NCBI GenBank assembly: GCA_002269645.1
Contig: NIVC01002204.1
Span: 62,001-126,000, forward strand
Origin: Macrostomum lignano
Lineage: Eukaryota
Direction: 5' to 3'
DNA length: 64,000 nt
The notes under the pieces were generated by a model. The model was given only the letters and a program-made list of their open reading frames with translations, searched no databases and was not told the origin of the DNA. Position numbers and translations under genes: made by a program. Shown here piece by piece: positions 48,701 to 64,000 of the stretch (position 1 is the stretch's first letter; every line of letters begins with the position of its first letter).

Positions 48701-51700
48701 AACACGTATTATATGCATTTCTTCGAAGTCTATGGAGTAACGTGGGTGCCTGTGAAGTGAGGTGGGTGCCTGTGAAGTGAGGTGGGTGCCTATGGAGAGA
48801 GGTGGGTGTCTATGGAGTGAGATGTGTATCAATGGAGAGTGTTGGGTGTCTATGGAGAGAGGTGGGTGTGTATGGAGAGAGGTGGTTGTCTATGGAGTGA
48901 GGTTTGTATGTCTATGGAGAGAGGTGGGTGTCTATGGAGAGAGTTGGGTGTCTATGGAGAGAGGTGGGTGTCTATGGAGAGAGGTGGGTGTCTATGGAGT
49001 GAGATGTGTATCAATGGAGAGTGTTGGGTGTCTATGGAGAGAGGTGGGTGTGTATGGAGAGAGGTGGTTGTCTATGGAGTGAGGTTTGTATGTCTATGGA
49101 GAGAGGTGGGTGTCTATGGAGAGAGTTGGGTGTCTATGGAGAGAGGTGGGTGTCTATGGAGAGAGGTGGGTGTCTATGGAGTAAAGTGGGTGTCTATGGA
49201 GTGAGATGTGTATCAATGGAGAGTGTTGGGTGTCTATGGAGAGAGGTGGGTGTGTATGGAGAGAGGTGGTTGTCTATGGAGTGAGGTTTGTATGTCTATG
49301 GAGAGAGGTGGGTGTCTATGGAGAGAGTTGGGTGTCTATGGAGAGAGGTGGGTGTCTATGGAGAGAGGTGGGTGTCTATGGAGTAAAGTGGGTGTCTATG
49401 GAGTGAGGTTTGTATGTCTATGGAGAGAGTTGGGTGTCTATGGAGAGAGGTGGGTGTCTATGGAGTAAAGTGGGTGTCTATGGAGTGAGGTTTGTATGTC
49501 TATGGAGAGAGTTGGGTGTCTATGGAGAGAGGTGGGTGTCTATGGAGAGAGGTGGGTGTCTATGGAGTGAGCTGGGTGTCTATGGAGTGAGGTGGGTGTC
49601 TATGGAGTGAGTTGGGTGTGTATGGACTGAGATGGGTGTCTATGGAGTGGGGTGGGTGTCTATGGAGAGAGGTGGGTGTCTATGGAGAGATGTGGGTGTG
49701 TATGGAGTGAGGTGGGTGTCTAAGGAGTAATCTGGGTGTCTTTAAAAGCAATACCGGTATTAAATGAAAGAAAACTGAATAATAATAGAGATATTGCTTA
49801 CCTTCTTAATTGCCTTCAACTTGGCAATCTCTCCAACAGACATCACAGTCGGTTTGGGCAGCACCGGACCAGCCTGATTACTTGGACAGGTGTCGTTCAA
49901 ATCGACGATGTCGCCAACCCCACAGCCTCGGCCGAGAGTTGGCCGAAAATCTCGATTCATTCCGGCCGCAAATTCTGAGAATGCCAAATTTGTGCCGCTG
50001 CTAGGATCCGGCATGCCGACCCGGCTGATGCCGGAAAATGGAACCGAAGAAGATTGGCTCTGTTGCTGCGACTGGTTTTTCTGCTTCTGTGTCGTGACTG
50101 ACACTTCAATAGACCGACGCAGCATTCGAGCACCGGGCGAATTGCTGGCCGAAGCGTTCTGCTGCTGCAGGAAGGCTCGAATTCCGCTGACGCCACCGCC
50201 GCCGCTTGTCGCGGAGGCCTGCGACGTTGACAAGCTTGACGAAGGAGACTGGCCAAATTTGATGCTGCTGTTGTTGTTGCTCTTCAAAAATGTGACGCCA
50301 ATCGGACTGGCGGCTGCCGCGGCCAACGGCTTGTGGGGCTGTGGGAAGAGAAATTGAGTGGGGTGGGTATTTTCGGAGTGAGGTGGGTGTCTACGGAGTG
50401 AGGTGGGTATTTGCGGAGTGAAGTGGGTGTCTACGGAGTGAGGTGGGTGTCTGTGGAGTGGTGGGTGTCTGTGGTGTGAGGTGGCTGTCTAGAGAGTGAG
50501 GTGGGTGTTTGTGGAGTGAGGTGGGTGTCTGTGGTGTGAGGTGGGTGTCTGTGGTTTGAGGTGGGTGTCTGTGGTGTGAGGTGGCTGTCTGTGGTGTGAG
50601 GTGGCTGTCTAGAGAGTGAGGTGGGTGTTTGTGGAGTGAGGTGGGTGTCTGTGGTGTGAGGTGGGTGTCTGTGGTGTGAGGTGGCTGTCTAGAGAGTGAG
50701 GTGGGTGTTTGTGGAGTGGGGTGGCTGTCTAGAGAGTAAGGTGGGTGTTTGTGGAGAGTGGGTGTCTAGGGAATGAGGTGGGTGTTTGTGGAGAGTGGGT
50801 GTCTAGGGAGTGAGGTGGGTGTTTGTGGAGAGTGGGTGTCTAGGGAGTGAGGTGGCTGTCTAGAAAGTGAGGTGGCTGTCTAGGGAGTGAGGTGAGTGTC
50901 TGCAGAGTTGTGTGGCTGTCTGCGGAGTGAGGTGGGTGTTTCCAGTGTGAGGTGGATATCTGCGGAGTGAGAAGGGGGGTCTGAAGAGCAACGTTAGAAG
51001 CTACGGAATGACTAAGAAGGCTAGGAAGAGTGGTGGATACTCGTACCCTCAAAGCGGTCCCTCACCTCGCGATACTTCCTAGGCTCCACTCCAACAAAGG
51101 TGGACGCCACATCCGACCGTTTGCTAGCCAGCCTCCTGTACTCCTGACCAGCGTGATACTCGCACACCGGACACACGGCCAAATTAACGGCATTCTGGCA
51201 GCGGCCACCGTTGTTTCCGGATTTAGTCGGCCGGCCGCAGACTCCATAATCGGCTGCTTTGCCCAGGATAAGCAGCTGCTGCGGATTGTCTATGGCCAGA
51301 CTCATTCCTGAGAGATGGTTTTTTAATATGGAATCTTATGTCTGATATCTAGGAGACAATGACTCAACATTTAATCTGTGATATCTAACCTAAACTATGT
51401 CTGCACCTCTACCTTTGACGGCTCACCTTCGATCTATGAGACCGCACTATCCAACCTAACTCCTATGTAATCTCAACTAGTGACCTATGAGATATTTGAA
51501 CCCTTTAATCTAGGAGGTCTTAACCTATCATCTATGAGATCTTATTTATATCCGCTAACGTTAGAGATCTAACTTTTTATTGATGAGATCTGAACCTTTA
51601 CTTATTATATCTCACCCTCTATCGATGAGATCCCAACTTATGATCTATGAGATCCCAACTAATGACCTACGAGATCTCATCTTTTGATCTATGAGATCCA

Positions 51701-54145
51701 ACTAATGACCTACGAGATCTCATCTTATGATCTATGAGATCCAACTAATGACCTACGAGATCTCATCTTACGTTCTATGAGATCTCAACTTAGGATCTAT
51801 GAGATCCCAACTAATGACCTACGAGATCTCATCTTATGATCTATGAGATCCCAAGTAATGACTTACGAGATCTCATCTTACAATCTATGAGATCTCAATT
51901 TATTATCTATGAGATCTCGATTGATTATCTATGAGATCCCAACTAATGACCTACGGGATCTGAACTTATGATCTATGAGATCCGACTAATGACCTACGAG
52001 ATCTCATCTTATGATCTATGAGATCCAACTAATGACCTACGAGATCTCATCTTATGATCTATGAGATCCAACTAATGACCTACGAGATCTCACCTTCAAT
52101 CGATGACATCTTAACTCACCCATGATATCTCATCCCTGATCTAGGTAACAACAATCGAAACGAACCTGAACTGCCGCTACTGCCAGCCCGAGCCGGCAGA
52201 ATGCGCGGCTGCAGCACCGCCACTGCCAGCCCCGTGGCCGCCTCCTTCCAGTGCGCCTCGTGCACTTTGCCGAACAGGAACAGGCCCGCAGGCTGCTGGT
52301 CCAGTCGAGCTAAATCTGCCAGACGCCAAATCGAGTACGAAGATTTACTACTGCCAGACTGCCGCTTCTGCTGCTGAACTGCTCCAACCAGCACGGCAAC
52401 CAGCACCGGCTGCACACCATCGCTGCGGCACTGCTCCAACTGTCTGCCCAGCTGGTCTGCATTGGTTGCCATGGCAACTAGGCGTCTGCCGCGCATCAAC
52501 CGTTGCTCCCAGTCTAATGAGGACACTTTCAAACGGGTCAGGCGGAGTCGAGTACCGGCAAGGACTGTGAAGTCGCCTGGATCGGAAGCTGTGCTGGATT
52601 TTCGAGTTGAAAAATCTGATTTGATTGCGGCCACGAGAGATTCTCGTTTGGCTTTCAATTCTTCTGCTAGGGATTGCTGCTTCTGCTCAGATTGCTGCTG
52701 CTGTTTTGTTGCTGAAAGAGAAACGGTTAAACTTGCTTGAGCAGAGAAAAAAATAAGTATTGGCGCGCCTGTGTGTTCATAATAATAAATAATAATAATT
52801 ACACCTGCCCTAATTGGGCCAGATGTGCAACCGACAGCTCAGCCGCAGCTATTGTGCGGCGCATCTGAAGGCTGCGTACGGCTGTTCAGTCCATGGACGG
52901 GGGGTCGCAACACACATCCTCAATTACCTCAGCTATGCTCAGCTAATGCGCTAGGATGTCCCCACAGTCCTCCTGTGAATAATAATTATTTAATAATACA
53001 TTTTTTCTGACGTTAAGGTCTCTATTAAAAATCTATTTCGATACATATCGGTAGCTAGGGTAAGCTACAGCGGGAATAAAAAAAGAGCTCTATTTCTAAT
53101 ACCTTAATGAAGGGTTGCAGCCTAGTGGTTAGAGCGCCGGACTCACGACTGAAAGGTCAGGGGTTCGATTCCCGACCCACTCGGAACAATTTGCGTCCTT
53201 AAGCAAGACACTTAACTCTGCATTGCTTCAGTTCACCAAGCTGTAAAATGGGTGATTGAGGGTGTGTGGCGACCCCCCAGTCCTTGGACTGAACAGCCGT
53301 ACGCAGCCTTCAGATGCGCCGCGCAATAGCTGCGGCTGAGCTGTCGGTTGCACATCTGCCCATTAGGGCAGGTGTAATCAGTTATTCTTTTTATTATTTA
53401 CTGAAGAATTATTTTTTAAATTTTTTTATACTACTCATTATTGAATTTCTATCGTAGTAGTGCGAAAGGACATTACTCTCTAATTAAAGCTATCGATGCA
53501 AAGACAATCTAAAACCAATAAAACTTATTTTTGCTTTGCTATCAAACCTTTATCCTCCGCAGATGCCGAAGCCTTGGCGCTAATACTGTCGTTCAATCTC
53601 CGGTCCCTGCTTCTATCCTGGGACTCTTCCTCCAACAGTCGCATTCGCTTATAAACCAGCTGTCCAAACTCTGAAAACGCCTCCCCCTCATCGTCGACGT
53701 TTCGGTCATTTGAGTCGAAAGCGGCGGCATCGGCGGCTTGCCGCTTCTGCGGTCGCCTGGAGACGGTCCCGTCATCGTCTAGCTCGTCGATGCCCAGACG
53801 TTCACCATTGTCAACGCTTGAGCCTCGTGGCAGATAGGAGCCGCCGCGTCTCTCCAGCTCTTTATTGACTTTGTCTATTAATCTACTGGATGAAGCAGCT
53901 GAGGCTGAAGACGAGGCGGGAGACGGGCTATTAAGAAAAGATTCAATGCCGATATCTGTGTAGCCTGACGAACTTTGTTGCAAATTTTTCTGCTTCTCCA
54001 ATTGTCTGGCTTTGAAATCTTCCATGCTCTCCTCCTGGATGCAGTCCCAATCGGAGTCAGAGTCGGAGTCAGACTCGTCGTCTGATGGCGCGGATTTGCG
54101 CGCCTCATCATCGCACTCGGAAGCTGGATTGTGCTGCTTCGACAT
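45746..54145 (-). CDS. MCM10: Minichromosome maintenance protein 10; 6 coding exons, about 846 aa
   Basis: Exons 54145-53548, 52711-52166, 51307-51066, 50338-49802, 46740-46304, 45926-45746 (2541 nt, in phase). OB-fold region (YSIWRLADL, LFLFGKVH..HWKE, VAVLQP), zinc finger SLAIDNPQQLLILG.A.DYGVC...RCQNAVNL..CPVCEYH, C-terminal YFNTLERKEQVEAKL, CAQC, KRPFKCKDC, ARGEE. An acceptor TTCCAG lies directly before the ATG, implying an upstream non-coding exon or trans-splicing. Confidence 0.92.
46012..46280. repeat. 20-bp minisatellite (AGAGTCCCGATCCCACATCT)
   Basis: MCM10 intron 5. Confidence 0.9.
46915..48370. repeat. 23-bp minisatellite (TCTGACACCTAATTGGCAGATTA), about 60 copies
   Basis: MCM10 intron 4; the sense strand carries AGGTGTCAG in nearly every unit. 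Confidence 0.96.
48740..49740. repeat. 20-bp minisatellite (GGGTGTCTATGGAGAGAGGT) with ~180-200-bp higher-order blocks
   Basis: MCM10 intron 4. Confidence 0.93.
50357..50985. repeat. ~20-bp GT-rich minisatellite (GTGGGTGTCTGTGGTGTGAG)
   Basis: MCM10 intron 3. Confidence 0.9.
51500..52095. repeat. ~43-bp degenerate array (GATCTATGAGATCCAACTAATGACCTACGAGATCTCATCTTAT)
   Basis: MCM10 intron 2. Confidence 0.85.
52780..52927 (-). mobile_element. 5'-truncated copy of the same SINE, inverted orientation
   Basis: Reverse complement matches 53252-53400 nearly base for base (GCGACCCCCC.GTCC.TGGACTGAACAGCCGTACGCAGCCTTCAGATGCGCCGC.CAATAGCTGCGGCTGAGCTGTCGGTTGCACATCTG...TAGGGCAGGTGTAAT) and ends in a (TTA)n tail. 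Confidence 0.8.
53113..53397 (+). mobile_element. tRNA-derived SINE with a CORE-like central domain, apparently full length
   Basis: A-box-like GCCTAGTGGTTAGAGC, B-box GGTTCGATTCC (about 53162-53172), central GTCCTTAAGCAAGACACTTAAC...CTGTAAAATGGG resembling the CORE/MIR core, T/A-rich tail, candidate 9-bp TSD TTAATGAAG (53104-53112) / TTACTGAAG (53398-53406). Confidence 0.75.
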
Positions 54146-54204
54146 CTGGAAATTGAAGTATTGTAATAGTGAAGCATCACTTTCAATTCGTTCTATGCCG
54201 ATTT

Positions 54205-55020
54205 TCGACTTATACCGCTCTTTGATCTATACCGCTCTTTGATCTATACCGCTTTTTGATCTATACCGCTTTTTGATCTATACCGCTTTGATCTATACCG
54301 CTTTGATCTATACCGCTTTTTGATCTATACCGCTTTTTGATCTATACCGCTTTGATCTATACCGCTTTTTGATCTATACCGCTTTGATCTATACCACTTC
54401 TTGATCTATGCCGCTTTTTGTTTTATACCGCTCCTTGACAGATGCCGCTCTTTGATTCATGCCACTCTGATTTATACCGCTCTTTGATCTATGCCGCTCT
54501 TGACTTATACCGCTCTTTGATCTATGCCGCTTTTTGATCTATCCCGTTTTTTGACTTATACCGCTCTTTGATCTATACCGCTCTTTGATCCATACCGCTC
54601 TTTGATCTATGCCGCTTTTTGATCTATCCCGTTTTTTGACTTATACCGCTCTTTGATCTATACCGCTCTTTGATCTATATCGCTCCTTGATCTATACCGC
54701 TCTTTGATCTATCCCGTTTTTTGACTTATACCGCTCTTTGATCTATACCGCTCTTTGATCTATACCGCTCTTTGATCTATGCCGCTTTTTGATCTATCCC
54801 GTTTTTTGACTTATACCGCTCTTTGATCTATACCGCTCTTTGATCTATACCGCTCTTTGATCTATACCGCTCTTTGATCTATGCCGCTTTTTGATCTATC
54901 CCGTTTTTTGACTTATACCGCTCTTTGATCTATACCGCTCTTTGATCTATATCGCTCCTTGATCTATGCCGCTCTTTGATCTATGCCGCTCCTTGATATA
55001 TGCCGCTCTTTGATCTATTT
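54205..55020. repeat. 17-bp minisatellite (GATCTATACCGCTCTTT)
   Basis: Immediately upstream of the MCM10 ATG exon, probably in a 5' UTR intron or outron. Confidence 0.92.
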
Positions 55021-55947
55021 GACAGATGATTTATAATGCTCTAAATTCCGTTTTACTATGCTGCACTCTTTCGGCTGACAAAAAAAACACAGAAGCAGAA
55101 ACACGGCGGAATTAATTAAAATTGCCAAATATGTATATTAGATATTATTTATTTATAAATACGAAAATGATAAGTTTGAGAATTTGGTATAACACATATG
55201 ACATATAATACTACATAAAAGAATATTTGCATCTTTTAATACTACTTGTATAATCCATAGTGAGTAGTCAACGTTTGGAACTTCTGTTAGAAAAAATCAG
55301 GCGTTTATATGCGAGAGATAAAAATGTTGCACAATACGCAGGGGTAAGTTAACTAATCAACTTGCAACCACGATAGTGCATAGAATTTAACACAGCAGTG
55401 GAAAAACAACAACAACAAACTAACACTACTACTAATAGTAGTAAAATAAGTTAAAATAAACAACTATTGATAGAAAAAAATATCACGAATTTTAGCTAAT
55501 TGACAAAATCGATCTAATAATAGAAAAACAAACAACAAACGACTAGAACATAAAGATTTCAGTGTACTACTTTAGGTAGTATGCATTGCATCAATCTAAA
55601 TAAGCTCTACGTGTATACGGATAAAGAAGTGTAAAAAACCTCATTTAAATTGCTCGTTAAAGACGAATTTGAAACACAGGAAAGCAGTAAATAGAAGAAA
55701 AAAACAAAATAACAATGTCAATACAAAGCTATAAGCTGATTTATATTTCAGCATAAATCACTTTTTCAGCAGTCGCAAATAAGCAGAGGTAACAAATGCG
55801 ACATAAAAGTAAGCGACTGTGCGTCTTCAATAAAATTATCTTATATGCCATGGGACGCAATATTTAGGATGCAAGATTAACAAACGATTAGTAAGGAACA
55901 TGTTGGTAGCAATGTTTGAAAATATTGGGATCATTCAAGAACCGCGG

Positions 55948-57440
55948 GGATTAAGCTACAGTGATCTGGGAGATTAGGGGATTAAGCTACAGGGATCTGG
56001 GAGAATAGGGGATTAAGCTATAGGGATCTGGGAGATTAGGGGATTAAGCTACAGGGATCTGGGAGAATAGGGGATTAAGCTATAGGGATCTGGGAGATTA
56101 GGGGATTAAGCTATAGGGATCTGGGAGATTAGGGGATTAAGCTACAGGGATCTGGGAGATTAGGGGATTAAGCTACAGGGATCTGGGAGATTAGGGGATT
56201 AAGCTACAGGGATCTGGGAGAATAGGGGATTAAGCTACAGGGATCTGGGAGATTAGGGGATTAAGCTACAGGGATCTGGGAGAATAGGGGATTAAGCTAC
56301 AGGGATCTGGGAGAATAGGGGATTAAGCTACAGGGATCTGGGAGATTAGGGGATTAAGCTACAGGGATCTGGGAGAATAGGGGATTAAGCTACAGGGATC
56401 TGGGAGAATAGGGGATTAAGCTACAGGGATCTGGGAGATTAGGGGATTAAGCTACAGGGGTCTGGGAGATTAGGGGATTAAGCTACAGGGATCTGGGAGA
56501 TTAGGGGATTAAGCTACAGGGGTCTGGGAGATTAGGGGATTAAGCTACAGGGGTCTGGGAGATTAGGGGATTAAGCTACAGGGATCTGGGAGATTAGGGG
56601 ATTAAGCAACAGGGATCTGGGAGATTAGGGGATTAAGCTACAGGGATCTGGGAGAATAGGGGATTAAGCTACAGGGATCTGGGAGATTAGGGGATTAAGC
56701 TACAGGGATCTGGGAGAATAGGGGATTAAGCTACAGGGATCTGGGAGATTAGGGGATTAAGCTACAGGGATCTGGGAGATTAGGGGATTAAGCTACAGGG
56801 ATCTGGGAGAATAGGGGATTAAGCTACAGGGGTCTGGGAGATTAGGGGATTAAGCTACAGGGGTCTGGGAGATTAGGGGATTAAGCTACAGGGGTCTGGG
56901 AGATTAGGGGATTAAGCTACAGGGGTCTGGGAGATTAGGGGATTAAGCTACAGGGGTCTGGGAGATTAGGGGATTAAGCTACAGGGATCTGGGAGATTAG
57001 GGGATTAAGCAACAGGGATCTGGGAGATTAGGGGATTAAGCTACAGGGATCTGGGAGAATAGGGGATTAAGCTACAGGGATCTGGGAGATTAGGGGATTA
57101 AGCTACAGGGATCTGGGAGAATAGGGGATTAAGCTACAGGGATCTGGGAGATTAGGGGATTAAGCTACAGGGATCTGGGAGATTAGGGGATTAAGCTACA
57201 GGGATCTGGGAGAATAGGGGATTAAGCTACAGGGATCTGGGAGATTAGGGGATTAAGCTACAGGGATCTGGGAGAATAGGGGATTAAGCTACAGGGATCT
57301 GGGAGATTAGGGGATTAAGCTACAGGGATCTGGGAGATTAGGGGATTAAGCTACAGGGATCTGGGAGAATAGGGGATTAAGCTACAGGGATCTGGGAGAT
57401 TAGGGGATTAAGCTACCTGGATTTGGGAGAATTGGGGGAT
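55948..57440. repeat. 31-bp minisatellite (GGGGATTAAGCTACAGGGATCTGGGAGATTA)
   Basis: About 1.5 kb, beginning about 145 nt downstream of the NALCN stop. Confidence 0.96.
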
Positions 57441-57584
57441 TATTAAGCTAGAGGTATCTGGGGAAAATCAAAGTAACTCAAAAGTAAAAAGTAGAAAAAA
57501 GGTGAAAATCTGCAGATAACAACAAGCTCAAGAACAACGGACACTGACTAGAGTAACAAGTTCAATTTACAAAGAAGCTCAAGC

Positions 57585-63414
<5,830 letters not shown>

Positions 63415-63574
63415 TTAAAGGAGAAAAAATAAATCAATATAAAATATAAAATATAAAATTATTCATAGTATATATATATATATTTTGAATGTATATATAT
63501 TTTGAATGTATATATATTTATACTATATATATATATATATATATAATTTGAATGTTTCTAATCCCAAGTCTACC

Positions 63575-64000
63575 TAATCTCAAATCCATCTTATCCCAAG
63601 TCTATCTTATCCCAAATTTATCTAATCCCAACTCTATCTAATCCCAAATCTATCTAATTCCAAATCTATCTAATCCCAACTCTATCTAATCTCAAATATA
63701 TCTAATCACAAATATATCTAATACTAAATCTATCTAATCCCAACTCTAACTAATCCCAACTCTATATAATCCCAAATCTATCTAATCACTAATCTATCTA
63801 ATCCCAACTCTATCTAATCCCAAATCTATCTAATCACAAATATGTCTAATCCCAAATCTATCTAATCACTAATATATCTAATCCCAAATCTATCGAATCC
63901 CAACTCAATGTAATCACAAATATATCTAATCCCAAATCTATCTAATTCCAACTCTATCTAATCCCAACTCTATCTAATCCCAAATCTATCTAATCACAAA
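63575..64000. repeat. 16-bp minisatellite (CTATCTAATCCCAAAT)
   Basis: NALCN intron running off the window edge. Confidence 0.9.

Noticed and set aside
53113-53185. Functional tRNA gene
   Set aside because: No complete cloverleaf; it continues into a CORE-like body and tail, has a truncated second copy and a candidate TSD, so it is a SINE.

Overview
Eukaryotic (animal) genomic DNA, standard code, GT-AG introns; not prokaryotic and no CRISPR. Gene set, NALCN pore type, Ala/Gly/Gln-run-rich proteins and minisatellite-filled introns suggest a lophotrochozoan, most like a macrostomid flatworm (inference). Exons were joined by hand with consistent phases. Genes in order: Tbx2/3 (omb-like, +, 6 exons); LRRD1 (-, 3 exons); intronless MRPL21 and NDUFV2 (+); SLC35B1 (+, 6 exons); a two-exon gene for a 92-aa secreted, KR-processed, 6-Cys peptide precursor whose mature-peptide exon is absent from the ORF track (+, 39790-41608); MCM10 (-, 6 exons); the 3' end of NALCN (-, 6 exons, domain III filter E, one apparent 1-nt frameshift). 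About 40 unrelated tandem arrays occur, with 20 of 21 coding introns over 100 nt carrying their own array; these explain almost all long low-complexity ORFs in the track. Also present: an inverted pair of tRNA/CORE-type SINEs, a degenerate tRNA-like element and two TIR-bounded elements. Best leads: the orphan cysteine-rich peptide, the one-minisatellite-per-intron architecture with a shared GTGTCAG heptamer, and a possible trans-spliced MRPL21-NDUFV2-SLC35B1 operon. Repeat boundaries are approximate.
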